64,000 bases of DNA from positions 14,818,001 through 14,882,000 of the forward strand of contig CM106586.1 of assembly GCA_048013815.1 (NCBI GenBank), written 5' to 3'. The notes beneath the pieces were generated by a model that saw nothing but the letters and a program-made list of their open reading frames with translations, searched no databases and had not been told where the DNA came from. The DNA is from Setoptus koraiensis. Lineage: Eukaryota; Animalia; Arthropoda. Positions 10,965-24,005 of the stretch are shown here, in pieces (the stretch's first letter is position 1; every line of letters begins with the position of its first letter). The position numbers were made by a program, and so were the translations under genes.

Positions 10965-11990
10965 TTTGATAGCGGGGCGTCCAGTTCACGATCTCAAGTC
11001 TTGAGAAATCTTAGACTGTTGAAAAGCGACAATAATCTGAATGAAATTCTCAAACGATGGAACTAAATGATTGAGATAGATTTGGAGTATGGGTATCAGA
11101 CAACATGCCGCGTGTGAATACGAGATCGTGCACTGATTCCTCGTCCCAAGAACAGCTGCCACACTTCAAAGCGCGGAGTTTAAAATGGTGAATAGTGAAC
11201 TTGTGGATAGTACTGGTGATGCCGGGACACCAGAGCTCCCGGCATTGGTGACAACACGCACGAGCAGAGGATTTATTTTATCTCAACGACATTTTTCGCC
11301 TGATCCAAGTGCACCACACATTCAGCACTCAAGTTGGTCATGGATATTCGTTGTAAATATCTGATTCATCTGAAAAAGTTTGCCTCGCAATGTCCCATGG
11401 GTATCGCACAAAAAATCGCGAACTATATGACAACTTGTCCTTTCTCAGCGAACATGTGTGATGGGTTTCGTGAGTTATCGGCCTAGTTTAAACTCTTCGG
11501 TTTCTGGGGGAAACTGTATTGATCTTGTAACTAAGAGATTCATGAATAGCATAGGGGACTATTGAATATTTGGCAAATAGTAACCGACTGTGCGCCGCAC
11601 ACGAATACCACCAAATTTTTGTGTTTAGAAGCACTTTACTAGTACTTCATAGCACTAATAACGGCAATCGCTGCTATAAATGTGCACCCTGTGCGTGGAA
11701 ATAAAATTGGCATGTGCGCTGGTACACTGTGTATCGTAAGGCAAGCAAAAAAATTCAACTAATGTGTTCAGCCCACATTTTCATGGTAGATGTCGGTGAT
11801 ATAAAACCAACAAATTATACTGCACCATACCTAATGTACTTTCTGTAAATGTATACCTTATTATTATTATTATACCCAATATATTCATTGGTTGGCTTAT
11901 TAAATATCCACATGTGTTTAGTTAAGATATGATTATTTTCTTAACATATTGTAAAGTGAACATAGATAATTAGTAATATTAGAACTAACC

Positions 11991-14982
11991 ATGGCATGGC
12001 AACCACAACCTGGTGGTTTAGAGCAAATACTTCAGTTATTAAGAGAATCTCAATCAATTGATTGCGCTGTCCAACGTCAAGTACAATCAAAATTAGAAGA
12101 ATGGAACAAATATCCCGATTTTAACAACTACCTTATTTATATTCTAGCAAATCCTGCTACTGGTGATGAAACAACACGGTCCTTAAGTGGATTAATACTT
12201 AAAAATAATGTTCGTTCGAGTTACCAGTCCTTCCCCGAGGAGATTAGAGAGTATATTAAACGAGAATGCTTGAACTCATTGAGAGACTCATCATCTATAA
12301 TAAGGGCCACTGTGGGAATCATTATAACCACCATAGCAACATGCGGTGAACTTGTCAATTGGACAGAGCTGTTGCCAACATTGTACCAGCTAATATGTTC
12401 AGATGATAATTCAATTGTGGAGGGTGCCTTCGGGGCATTGCAAAAAATTTGCGAAGATCTAGCTGAGGTATTATGTAGTGACACTCTTAGTAAACCGTTG
12501 GAGGCAATGTTACCAAAATTTATACAATTCTTCAAGCACCCGAGCGCGAAGGTCCGATACCATGCCCTTATCTGTGTTAATCAGTTTATTCCCCTGCAAG
12601 CTGAAGCCATCATGAATATTATTGACCAATATGTGGAGGCCATATTCACTTTGGCTAGCGACACGGATACCGAAGTCAAGAAGCATGTGTGCCGATCACT
12701 AGTCGCTTTATTTGAAATCAGGCCCGACACTCTTCTGCCCCATATCTCGCAAGTCATCGAGGTCAGTACAGACTACATAATTTCCCCCTAACCACCTCTC
12801 AATCGCTACATTACACCTGTTGTATTCTAGTTTGTGCTAGAAATGCATCATGATGATGTTATGTTTCAATCCCGAGAGGCAAATCAAACGCGATCTTGCC
12901 CCATTCCTTGTCATCCTATCGATGTATTTAGGAAGTATAGCAGGCTTACAAATACCCTTCTTATGCTCGACTACATCCCCTCCTCTGTTTAAATATATTC
13001 CGACGTTAAGAATAATTATTCTGTTTTTCATTAAATATAAACAGTTCATGATCACAAGGTCACAAGATGAAGACGATACCATCGCACTGGAGGCTTGTGA
13101 ATTTTGGCTGTCGATCCCCGAGCAGGAGATAGGCAAGAATGCTTTAGTGCAGTATCTTCCTAGGCTTGTGCCATTCTTTATGGAAAAAATGAGGTACTCC
13201 CAGGTAGAGTTGGCTGCTATGAAAGCAGATATTGAGGACGATGCAATGATTCCCGACAAAGACGAGGACATTAGGCCACAATTTCACCGGTCCAAAGCTC
13301 ATACCGTTGACAATGGTGATACTCTTAGACAAACTAGTGGAGATAATGAACAGGGAGATGATGATTCTTCAATATCGGATCTCCTAGAGGACGACCAAGA
13401 TGAACGTGATGGGCTCAGTGTCAGTTGGAACCTAAGAAAATGCACGGCAGCAGCTCTCGACTGCTTGGCCAATGTCTATGCTGATGATCTTTTACCTATC
13501 GTATTCCAAGAACTTCAAAAAACACTCAACCATGAAGATTGGATCATCAAAGAGGCGGCAATCTTAGCCATTGGCGCTATTGCCGAAGGCTCTTTGAACG
13601 GAATGACACCTCACCTGCCAGAGATAGTTCCCTATCTTATAACTTGCCTCAGAGACGAACATGCCATGATACGATCGATCACATGCTGGACACTAAGTCG
13701 TTATACCTACTGGATAGTTCAGAAACCTTCCGAAAGACATTTCGAGCCTCTCATCAAAGAGTTACTTTTACGCATCTTGGATTCGAACAAACGAGTGCAA
13801 GAGGCTGCTTGTAGTGCATTTGCTACACTGGAGGAGGGCGCTTGCACGGAATTAGTGCCCTATCTCGATGCTATTTTGGAAACATTAGTCTTAGCGTTTG
13901 GAAAATACCAGCAGAAGAATCTTCTCATACTTTATGATGCTGTTGGTACTCTCGCGGAGTCCGTTAAACACCATCTCAATCAACCGAAGTATATAAGTAT
14001 ATTAATGCCTCCCATCATTGAGAAATGGAATAACCTCAAAGATACAGATAGAGATTTATTCCCATTGTTGGAATGCCTTTCTAGTGTAGCTATTGCCTTA
14101 TGTGATGGTTTCTTGCCTTACAGTGAACCCGTGTTTAGGAGATGTCTTGCCCTTGTTGGACAAACACTAAACCAAACATTAGCTTTTCAAATGGATCCTG
14201 AGAATAATGATTCACCCAATAAGGATTTCATGATCGCGGCACTTGATCTACTTAGTGGATTAGCTGAAGGATTAAATGAGTTGATTGTTGAACTAGTGGC
14301 ATCCTCAAATATCATGGAACTGTTATTCAGATGCATGGTTGATACTCTACCTGAAGTCCGCCAAAGTTCTTTCGCCCTCCTTGGTGACTTGACAAAAGCT
14401 TGTTTCGCCCACGTTAGACCCCACATATCTGAAGTGATGCCCCTGTTAGCCCAAAATCTCCGGCCTGAGCACGTGTCTGTTTGTAACAACGCCACATGGG
14501 CCATCGGTGAAATATCTGTTCATCTGGGACCAGATATGAGACAATATGTATCAATGGTTATTGGTCAACTTTTGTCTACTATGAATCATTCTACCATCCC
14601 TAAAACTTTATTAGAGAACACAGCTATCAGTATAGGTAGACTATCATTCGTGTGTCCTGAGGAATTGGCTCCAACATTGGGTGACTTTATTCGGCCGTGG
14701 TGCGCTTCGTTGAGAGCGATCCGAGATAATGAGGCGAAAGACTCTGCGTTTCGTGGTATTTGTCAACTAATCAAAATAAATCCTGCTGGAGTGGCCAACG
14801 ATTTCCTGTTCTTTTGTGACGCTATTGCCTGCTGGGAAGAACCCAAGCCGGACCTGAAGCAAACCTTTCACGACATACTACACTGCTTCAAAAATCAAGT
14901 CGGGCAACAGAACTGGCAGAACTTCACTCAACAATTTCCACCTCAAATGAAAGAGCGATTAGTCGTTGATTACGGCATCTAG
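11991..14982 (+). CDS. TNPO1: Transportin-1 (karyopherin beta2); exons 11991-12761, 13045-14982 (~902 aa)
   Basis: MAWQP...[24 protein letters not shown], acidic loop [34 protein letters not shown]. Splicing joins VIE|[22 protein letters not shown], matching the family. Confidence 0.95.
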
Positions 14983-15466
14983 TCTAGATCGACTCTACTG
15001 AATAGATTTTATACTGAGATAGATTCCGACTGATTGGCATTGTTCCACAACGACATGACGGGTACACGAAACATGCACCGATCTTGCAGACTTCTAATTG
15101 TCAATTACTTCTTTGTTATGTACCAGCTAATAAAAGAGCCACTAAATAACATAAATTTAAACTTTCGAGAAATCCAATGAGTTATGTAAATTTTTTTAAA
15201 TGATTAAACTTGATGTTTCACCCCATACAATTGACAGTGAATCTCTTTTGAAGATGAAATAATTAATCTTACGTGAAATGTCGGATTTTTTTAATTGTTA
15301 AACTGGTTCCTGAACAGATGTTGAAAATTTAGGGATGGAAACGCATTTACTCTGCGCTATAAAGCGCTTGGAGCGACCACGTGCATAAAACGATTTGTTG
15401 AACATGATCATAGAATTCTTATTGTGTTGAATATTCCAAAAAATTTCTGACATTTAATTATTGATC

Positions 15467-16570
15467 ATGCCTTCATTTGAGGAAGAATTGAAAGATAAAC
15501 TAGGCTCCAAGACTCTGTTACCATTGGACGGCTCTAGCATAGGTGGTGGGTGCATAAGTGAGGCCAAAGGATACAAAGTGGACGATGGAAATATCTTCGT
15601 CAAAAGAAGCAAAGGTCAGCATGCCAGACTCATGTTTGATGGAGAGTTTGAGTCACTAAACTCTATTCATCTTACCAAAACTGTTAAATGTCCTAAACCG
15701 ATAGCTGTCTTGGATGACCCAACCCAAGATCTAGCTTGTGCTATCGTCATGGAATACATGAACTTGTCAAGTCTAACCGATCGAAAAGGCTTCAAGCTGG
15801 GCGAAGATTTGGCCCAATTGCATAAGTATAACGAGCAAGCAATTGCCCACGAAGAGCGTTTGGCTAAATGGGTAGGTAGGAAGATTCCAGTCGCAGTTGA
15901 TTCCAGCAAAGAAAGCAACAAGCTTAACGAGGAGGAAATTATTGCAAAAGCATACAACCTAAAGATTGATCAACAAACTGAAAGTAGCAAATTCGTTGAG
16001 GATCTTCCCTTGAGAGCCCAGCCTAAATTTGGCTATCATGTTCCTACATCTTGCGGTGCGATACCTCAGGTGAATGATTGGTGCGATGATTGGGTAATAT
16101 TCTTTGCCCGCAACAGATTGAACCATCAAATACAAATGTTAATTCAAGATTATGGCGATCGCGAACTGAATGAAAATTGGTCAATTTTACAGGTGAACAT
16201 TGAAAAATATTTCCAAGAATTTCGAGGAAACCAGAATAAAATAAAACCAGCTTTACTACACGGAGATCTTTGGTCCGGCAATGTAGGTATAGTTACCAAC
16301 GGCAACGACGGAGATCCTGTTATCTACGACCCCAGTTCGTTTTATGGTCATCATGAATATGAATTTGGTATAGTATCCATGTTTGGGGGTATACCACAGT
16401 CATTCTATGAGGGCTACTTCAAAGTGTTTAAGAGAAGCAACAACTTTGACAAGCGTGTTAAATTGTACCAGTTGTTTCATCAGCTCAATCATTGGAACCA
16501 TTTCGGCAAAGGCTATCGCGCAAGTACTCTAGACTTGTTCAAACAGTTGAACGCCATGAATTTTCGATGA
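15467..16570 (+). CDS. FN3K: Fructosamine-3-kinase / ketosamine-3-kinase
   Basis: IGGGCISEA, FVK, MFDGEFESL, KFGYHVPTSCGAIPQVNDW, PALLHGDLWSGN, YDPSSFYGHHEYE, LYQLFHQLNHWNHFG. First ATG is at 15467. Confidence 0.92.
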   Translation: MPSFEEELKDKLGSKTLLPLDGSSIGGGCISEAKGYKVDDGNIFVKRSKGQHARLMFDGEFESLNSIHLTKTVKCPKPIAVLDDPTQDLACAIVMEYMNLSSLTDRKGFKLGEDLAQLHKYNEQAIAHEERLAKWVGRKIPVAVDSSKESNKLNEEEIIAKAYNLKIDQQTESSKFVEDLPLRAQPKFGYHVPTSCGAIPQVNDWCDDWVIFFARNRLNHQIQMLIQDYGDRELNENWSILQVNIEKYFQEFRGNQNKIKPALLHGDLWSGNVGIVTNGNDGDPVIYDPSSFYGHHEYEFGIVSMFGGIPQSFYEGYFKVFKRSNNFDKRVKLYQLFHQLNHWNHFGKGYRASTLDLFKQLNAMNFR

Positions 16571-17033
16571 TTGAGGCTCATCAACGAAAAGATTGTATTA
16601 AAATTTGAATAAAATATAAACCGCATATTCTAGAACAATCTGGGTAGAGCAGTTGCTCGGGCGTAGAAACAATCGGACATCAACTAGGTAATCAACAAAA
16701 ATGGACAAAATCTAGTTTAAACGTTGCCTATGAAGCTAGACTACAGTCTACAATAAATTGCATATCTTTATTTTCGATAATATATCTTCATTTTAGAAGC
16801 TACCTGCAGCCATCTTGTTTATTTTCTATCAATAGTAGAATATATTAGAGGAGACAACTCAGACGCTGTTTACTATTCTACTGATTTATTCGGACGATGA
16901 TTATTTTTGCAGTAGTCAGTCAATCGTTCGTGTCTGTCCGACACCCAAAACCGAAACCCGAATGAAAATCTAAATTTATCACCTACCGGTCTGAGCTGCA
17001 ACCTCGGCACCTTTATTCAAGCAAATTAATCCT

Positions 17034-17498
17034 CTATTGCTGCTGGTATCCTCCGTAGCGGGCCTTACATTCTGACAAGACCCTATTGAATCCATCACAC
17101 AAGTTCAAGTCACCCGCTTGATTTTGAGCACAGGCAAGGAATTGCTCCATTTCCATCTTGCAAGGATCCGAACTAGAATTAGACTGCTGGTAGTAGGACT
17201 GCTGAGCGGGGCTGGTTTCGAGAGCCTGATCTTGGGGCTGAGCTACGCTCTCGCTACCGCCGTGTCTTCCCAGGATGGCGCTTGAGATGACATGACCGGC
17301 AGCGACACCGGCCGCCGTAGAGGCTACATTTGATAAAAATCCACCACCAGCTGCCATTGGCGGGGCAACTGCCGAGGCAGCCGGCGGAGGTGCTGGTTGA
17401 ACTGCTTTGGGTGGTGGAGGTTGCGGTCGACTAGCCACTGGTGAAGGTCGTCTAGCCGAAGACATTCCTCCTGATCTTCCTCCCGATCTGCGTGCCAT
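17034..17498 (-). CDS. CHCHD2: CHCHD2/CHCHD10 (Mix17 family) mitochondrial twin CX9C protein
   Basis: Arg/Gly/Ser-rich presequence MARRSGGRSGG, GGGFLSNVASTAAGVAAGHVI helix, twin CX9C (PCKMEMEQFLAC...LCDGFNRVLSEC). ATG at 17498. Confidence 0.92.
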   Translation of the reverse strand: MARRSGGRSGGMSSARRPSPVASRPQPPPPKAVQPAPPPAASAVAPPMAAGGGFLSNVASTAAGVAAGHVISSAILGRHGGSESVAQPQDQALETSPAQQSYYQQSNSSSDPCKMEMEQFLACAQNQAGDLNLCDGFNRVLSECKARYGGYQQQ

Positions 17499-18361
17499 TA
17501 TATTCTTGTCGATTCGAATTAATATATTTACTGGTTGATATTGTTCTAAATACCGATTTAATATGGTTATTGATGATATATTCAGTGATAATATTTTCAA
17601 TTAAATTATTATCTGTTGTGAAGCGACGTGAATTGTAAATGGTTTGTTTACAGCAGTGTTTGTTTCTAGAATGTACCACACGTTTTGTGTGTGTTCCTGT
17701 GTTGCGGCGTAAACAACTCAAGTATAGTACAGGCGAGAGCAGAAAATTCGAAGTTATATTCGCATGTTTTAGCCGCAGAGCGGCGTCTTTATTTTGAATT
17801 TTTTCTTTCTTTGTGTTTTTGATTAGGTAAGATGGGTTGTTCTTGGTTGTGGTTGGGTGCAATTACGTTCACCAAATATTTGAAGAACTAGATTGCTGGG
17901 TCTCGGTATTTTGATCCATTTTTCAAATCTTTTCATATTTGGCCACAGTTACAGTCGAAACAGTTACAATAAACGTCTGCCCTATCATGAATATCTTGTT
18001 TTGTGCATAATAGCGTCACTCACGAACATTACAAAACTCAAAATCTCATCACTTGTCGAAAAGCCAAAACACAGCCATGTTTACACATTGTAGACACATT
18101 CACGAGATGTTGTTCGAGAGGGTTCGAACAATTTTAAAGTCCAGTTCCTCGAGATGAGAACGAATATAGTAAGACGAGAAGAAAAAAAAATCTTAGTATG
18201 GGTAGGTCTCCTCGTCGAATCAACATTGTCTCTCCCGGATTTGATTATAGCGTTGAATAAGTTATAATATGCAATCAAATAATTAGTTTTCTAACTAAAA
18301 TCTTATTCCTAATTATATAAACAAATGCTAGTACCTAAGTAACACAAATATAACAGTTCAG

Positions 18362-20818
18362 TTAAGCCCAGACATTTTCAAATATACAGGCATCCTCAAT
18401 AATATACTCTCTCTGATACGATGAATCATGTTTGGCCAAGACTCTTAGTAATGAGCGCAGTTTGAGCCACCATTGATTACTTGGTATACGATGCTTGAAA
18501 TCTGTCACAGCTTTCAAATCTTTCAGAGGTGTGAAACGATATTGTCTTTTTACAAGACCAAGTAAGACGGCAGTGTCGGGTGAAGAACAGAGTATAGACC
18601 CATTCGGTTGAGTGTGTAGGCTCAACTGAGAAATCAACCAGTCGGCCGCTTTCGCGGCCAATTTCGTACTGAAATTCCTATCGTACGGGGATGGCGAGCC
18701 TCCTTGCTGCATATGACCTAGCTTGTTCATTCTGCTAGTAAATATGTTTCGGCCTTCCTCACTATATAGACGATGAATGAAATCTGTAGTGTAATTAACG
18801 TTAGCGTTTTCATTTCTCAGTATCAATCCTCGTTGTACACCCTCAGCCATCTTTGATTGCATGTGAAATACATCTTCCATGAGATCCTTAATGCTGAACG
18901 GCTCCTCAAAGATGTAGGCAGCATCCGCACCACCGGCAACACCAGCTAGGGTGGCGAGGTAACCGCAATAGCCGCCCATGGTCTCGATAACAAACACTCT
19001 TCGCTTCGTGCCTTGAGCAGATTGTCTTATTCTATCGCATATTTCTGTGATCTCATTGAGAGCAGTGTCAGCTCCAATAGAAAAATCAGTTCCGGGGACA
19101 TTGTTACTGATGGTGGCAGGTATAACACAAATAGGTATTCTCAACTCAGAATATTTATCCCTAGCATCGGCAAATTGGAAGCCAGCTTGATAGGCTTCGA
19201 AACCACCAACAATCAATAAAGCTTGTATGTTGTATTCTCTAATTTTCTCTACGCACAATTCCATGTTATTTCCGTCTCCGGGTAACGTTCTTCTGGTTCC
19301 TAGATTAGCTCCTCCTTGATTTACCCAACCAGCTACCTCTGACCATGGAATTGGTCCCACTTGACCTTCGATGAGGCCATCTATACCTTCATGTATTCCT
19401 AAGACAGTTTCTCCACGAGAGATTGCATTACGGGTGAATGACCTCACAGAGGCGTTCATACCACAACAAGGTGCTCCAATGTGCATGATTGCAAGTCGGT
19501 AACTTGGTCTTCTAGCAGTCTCACTATTCTCTGGTGCCTTGGGTGGCCGGATTCTAGTGAGAAGCTTATAGGTAGATAGATTCCTCTCAAAGCTGCGCCC
19601 TCTCAATTTGACAGCCAGAGCCCAGTCTTTGGCAGCCATAGCAGCAGCCACCTTTTTAGTTCGATCAACACACTGCATGAGAGGTACACGAACAGCTTGG
19701 TTACCATCTAGCGATATGACACAGGCTTCTGTCTCTGGTTTAGCTTCAATGAGAGCCAATACAGCTTCTGCGCCCATTCTACATCCGAGTATCCTATCGA
19801 AGGCGCTAGGAGATCCACCTCTTTGAACATGGCCCAACACTGTAATTCGTGTGTCTTGCTTAAGATGAGTAACTATGTGATCCTTGATTTGATTGGCGGT
19901 TATTGGTGCACCTGTATGGTCAATTGCACCCTCAGCTATGATAATAATGTTGAGTCGCTGTCCGAGTTCTCGCTCCTGTTTTAATTTCTTGCACAATCTA
20001 TCTGGCCAATCAGGCTCGGGTGGCCATTCTGGAATAAATACATAGTCGGCTTCCGATGCTAGGGCGGCCACAAGAGCTAGGTAACCACAATGCCTTCCCA
20101 TGACCTCTAAGATGAATGTCCTTTGATGGCTTGATGCTGTTGTACCGATTGCATCTATGGCCTCAATGATTCTATGTAAGGCAGAATCCGTTCCAATTGT
20201 CATATCTGTTCCGCAAAAATCGTTATCTATTGAGCCGACTAAGCCAACAATATTAAGATGACCACATTCTTGTAGCTTATCAGAGAGAATCCTTTTTTCT
20301 TTGACTAGTTCCTCTAATAATGAGCGCCACTCAACTCTAAATAGGTTGGCACCAGTGAGACTGCCGTCACCACCAATGACGACTAGATTTGTTATGCCGT
20401 GCTGTACAAGATTGTAAGCTGCCTTCAATCTACCGGATCTCTCTTTGAAGTCCATGCAACGCGCACTACCAATAACTGTTCCACCCTTGTGAATAATGTG
20501 TGATACAGACACCCAGCTGGCCTCCACAATATAGTCACCTCCGTCCACCATGCCTTGGTAGCCTTCTTTGATGAAATAAACACGGCAACCAAAATAGAGT
20601 CCCATACGTACAACAGCACGAACAGCTGCATTCATACCTTGTGAATCACCACCAGAAGTGAACACTCCTATGACTTTGTTTTTTGATTTAGACCTTAGAT
20701 TCGGCAAGTCAGTCTTTCCCTCACCACTGATATAATTTGGTGTGCTTGGCTCATCTATGGTGGTTTGTGTGACCAATTGAAAGAGCTGATGGTCTTGTTT
20801 GGTAGAATCGAACGACAT
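18362..20818 (-). CDS. Pfk: ATP-dependent 6-phosphofructokinase, intronless 818 aa
   Basis: [63 protein letters not shown]; second half [27 protein letters not shown]. Confidence 0.97.
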   Translation of the reverse strand: MSFDSTKQDHQLFQLVTQTTIDEPSTPNYISGEGKTDLPNLRSKSKNKVIGVFTSGGDSQGMNAAVRAVVRMGLYFGCRVYFIKEGYQGMVDGGDYIVEASWVSVSHIIHKGGTVIGSARCMDFKERSGRLKAAYNLVQHGITNLVVIGGDGSLTGANLFRVEWRSLLEELVKEKRILSDKLQECGHLNIVGLVGSIDNDFCGTDMTIGTDSALHRIIEAIDAIGTTASSHQRTFILEVMGRHCGYLALVAALASEADYVFIPEWPPEPDWPDRLCKKLKQERELGQRLNIIIIAEGAIDHTGAPITANQIKDHIVTHLKQDTRITVLGHVQRGGSPSAFDRILGCRMGAEAVLALIEAKPETEACVISLDGNQAVRVPLMQCVDRTKKVAAAMAAKDWALAVKLRGRSFERNLSTYKLLTRIRPPKAPENSETARRPSYRLAIMHIGAPCCGMNASVRSFTRNAISRGETVLGIHEGIDGLIEGQVGPIPWSEVAGWVNQGGANLGTRRTLPGDGNNMELCVEKIREYNIQALLIVGGFEAYQAGFQFADARDKYSELRIPICVIPATISNNVPGTDFSIGADTALNEITEICDRIRQSAQGTKRRVFVIETMGGYCGYLATLAGVAGGADAAYIFEEPFSIKDLMEDVFHMQSKMAEGVQRGLILRNENANVNYTTDFIHRLYSEEGRNIFTSRMNKLGHMQQGGSPSPYDRNFSTKLAAKAADWLISQLSLHTQPNGSILCSSPDTAVLLGLVKRQYRFTPLKDLKAVTDFKHRIPSNQWWLKLRSLLRVLAKHDSSYQREYIIEDACIFENVWA

Positions 20819-22849
20819 GATGGTATTTGCCTGATATGATTATTCGGCCGCGATGAGATTCTGATCGATATTTTGAGGTTATGATTGAGGTAATAATAAT
20901 AACGATAATGATTAAAGAAGATATCGAAACAAATTCATTAGATACATTTAAATGATATGCAGTATTGGAGGTTGATCCGCGCGCGCGCACTAATATACAT
21001 GCGTCCAGGCAAAATTATAACAATTATAGCTTGTGTTATTGTTGCTATTCAAGCTAATTAGTTTTCTTCAGTTGCAAGTGGCTCAAATACACAGCGAGAG
21101 AGCATAAATAAAAAATGTAATAACGTTGTTTCGACATGCCATCAATCAGTGGTTGATATATGAATGTGTCGGAAGTGGCGCGCTTCGGCTGATGATCACA
21201 TCAACAGACTGATGTGATGATTTAGACGGAAGCCAATGGTGTTGGTGTGTTGTGGGTGTAAGTGTCTGTCGTGCGGACACAGTGACTTGTTAGCGCTACT
21301 TACATATTGCTAGAGAGAAAAAAAGATGACGTCCAATTGAGAGTGACGAGGTGCAATGTGAGTGTGTTGAGCTGCAATTTAGTTTACAATTTGTTATTAG
21401 TGAATATAGTTGAATACAAACAAATGTGTTGTATGTGTGTGATTTGAGTTGGTTGCCAGCACAATGTCACCAAGACGGCGAAGCTGTGACGAATTGCCGG
21501 GCGAGCCGCTTGCTTGTGTGAACAATTGACCGCTGTTTGGCGCTAGTTTGGGTTGTACGATGTGTGTGTGTGTGTCTATTCAATAGACTGTATTGTAAGT
21601 TGATATAATTATTAATATTGTAATATTAATATTGCGACGAGTTGCAGGCCACAGTGATGATGGGTGGCCTCCTCCGTCAAAGGTTGTTGATCTCTTTGTG
21701 TTTGTGTGCTACCAGTGAAAGTAAATAAATAAATTGATAGAGCAATTAGAAATACAACTCCGTATGTAATAATATTTGTACTACGACTAACATTCCGATG
21801 TAGGGAGCCTATTGATGACGATCAGTGCGTTCACAAGTGTTGTTGTGTGTATGACGTAATATGCCGTATATATGCCAATTGAATAGACACACAAACAATA
21901 TGCGACACGATTTAGTTACACAATCAAAACAATGATATCAGATAATAATAACGACGACGGTTAATTGAAGGGAAAGCGAGATAGTGATTCCATTAATTTA
22001 GATATTTGTTGAGCAGTGATAAATATCCGAGTTGCTGACATGATAATTACCGATTTTTGTATTGGTCTCCTTCTCTTATGCTGCCTCTTCGTCTGCTATG
22101 CATGCCTCACAATGTGATACGACGCCGATTGTCTAGTGCGGCGCCCGATAGAGAACAAATCAGGCAGCTACTCCAAAGTCGCTTGTTCCAATTTGCCGCC
22201 CCCTCCCCCCGTCGTCATCGCCCAGTGTGTGTGGGCACTTTGCCCCACGGTGATACTGTCTGCCTATGGGCACTGCGGCTGCCGTCCCCCACAAGCACAC
22301 ACACACGCACACACACGCTCAAGCTAACACATGTAAATATAGAATGGAGCGAGCAAGAAAAATATGTAACAACCCGTAGGCATGCATTACGTTGCCACTG
22401 AGTTGCCAGTGCTAACTTGCGGCGGCGGCGGCGGCAGCAGCAAGCGTTGTGTACGTTTTTCCCCCATCATGGGCAAAGTCATAACGCAAACGGCAATAGA
22501 ACTTTCACAGTCTCAAGTTCACACAATCCTATCGCTGTGCACACTATCTGTAACACACACTCAGTTCCTATACTGAGTACAGAGAAGAACGGTACAAGCA
22601 GTACACGCGGTACGCAACACACTCACGCAGTTGTGTGTGGAAAGGCGCTTGTGCTTGCCACCGTCGTACAGCGTGTATCAGCATCTTTGCGCCATAACTC
22701 GCACAGTCTCTAGCTCAACTGTGCGAGCCCCTCGCAAGGCCAGCGCTCACTTGAGTCCAACTCTGAGCACCCTGAGCTTGGCGGGAATTTTCACCGACTT
22801 TCTGCTCGCGTGCACGACAAACTCCCCGATCGGAGTGGCTTGCACTTGA

Positions 22850-22942
22850 AATGGGCCGAATACTCGGAATGGGCCAAACACTTCAAATGGTACAGCGCAC
22901 ACTTTGGACGGGGCAAACACTTTGGATGGGACGAATCAGCCC
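22850..22942. repeat. Degenerate ~18-bp tandem repeat (about 5 units)
   Basis: AATGGGCCGAATACTCGG / AATGGGCCAAACACTTCA / AATGGTACAGCGCACACTTTG / GACGGGGCAAACACTTTG / GATGGGACGAATC... Confidence 0.7.
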
Positions 22943-23055
22943 AACGAGACTGTTCTCACTCTGGCGGTCGCCACTCGCTCGGCCCCACAGCCAGCTGAAA
23001 TAGTTAGTTGAAGTGTAGTTAGTCTGCGTGTTTGCGTCTAGCGTGGATAGAGATC

Positions 23056-23132
23056 GAGAGAGGCAGCGAGAGAGGCAGCGAGAGAGAGAGAGAGAGAGAG
23101 AGGCAGCGAGAGAGAGAGAGAGAGAGAGAGAG
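23056..23132. repeat. Compound (GA)n repeat interrupted by GGCAGC
   Basis: GAGAGAGGCAGC units and long GA runs. Confidence 0.9.
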
Positions 23133-24005
23133 GACTTGCAATTACGTAATACGTACTACTATCGTATGTGCGGGCGTGTGTAGAAGAGGATCTCGAAGAC
23201 GAGAGATTGAAGGGCGAGTGTGGCGTCGAATGAAGGCACAGTTGATCACGAGACCGAGCCAGCAACATATTTCAAGTTCAGCGAGGGGCGCGCGGCGTCA
23301 TTCTCGGATCCGTCTGGACACTCCTTGCAACTCACCTCTACAGTGTAGAGTCTACGCATTCTTCATCTCTCAAATTGAGTGTCTCAATCCGACCGTGTTC
23401 TGTGCGACGGCGGCCAGAACAGGTTGCACAGAACGCACGAATCGCTCAAAGTTTGAGGCTCACAGGATATCGCGACAATCGAGACGTATAGAAAACTCTC
23501 TTATCCGTTAAGTCTCTCCCCTCAGACTGTTGTGTAACACACAACAGGCAAAGTATTAATACTCTTGGCAATAACCAACTCGCTATCTTTCGGTCTAAAT
23601 CCACTCAAATCGCATTACAGATCAAGTGTGTAGTCAGCTGCAACAACTTCTAAATGTGTGTGTGTGTGTGTTGTGATAAATATCTCGAGTAAAATATAAA
23701 CAATTTAATAATGTAGACGGTGGACCAATGTGAGATCTTTGATAGATAGCACATTACAACAAAAATCTTGGCGTATATTTATCTAGGAGAGCGACGTTCG
23801 TAGTATGATTCCAAGGCGGCTTCTGAAATGAATGCGTCCTGTCTTGTCTCGTCTGCTAATAAAAGGCTCACCACCAATGATGATTTCTACCATCGCCAAG
23901 ACAACAACATTAGGCTAACTGCTTGATTGCAAACATTTCCGATTAGCGATGATGGTCGCACTACAGTGAATAGCGCGCCACACCGAATCGCTTCCTCTAG
24001 TGTTG

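Noticed and set aside
11217-11247. 11-bp hairpin (TGATGCCGGGA...TCCCGGCATTG) as SRP, RNase P or miRNA
   Set aside because: No family hallmark motifs were found nearby, and the stem is too short for a pre-miRNA.
12850-13044. C/D snoRNA in the transportin intron (ATGATGA at 12850)
   Set aside because: No downstream CTGA D box in the intron.
22850-22942. CRISPR-like appearance of the spaced repeat
   Set aside because: Eukaryotic DNA, degenerate contiguous units, no unique spacers and no cas genes.
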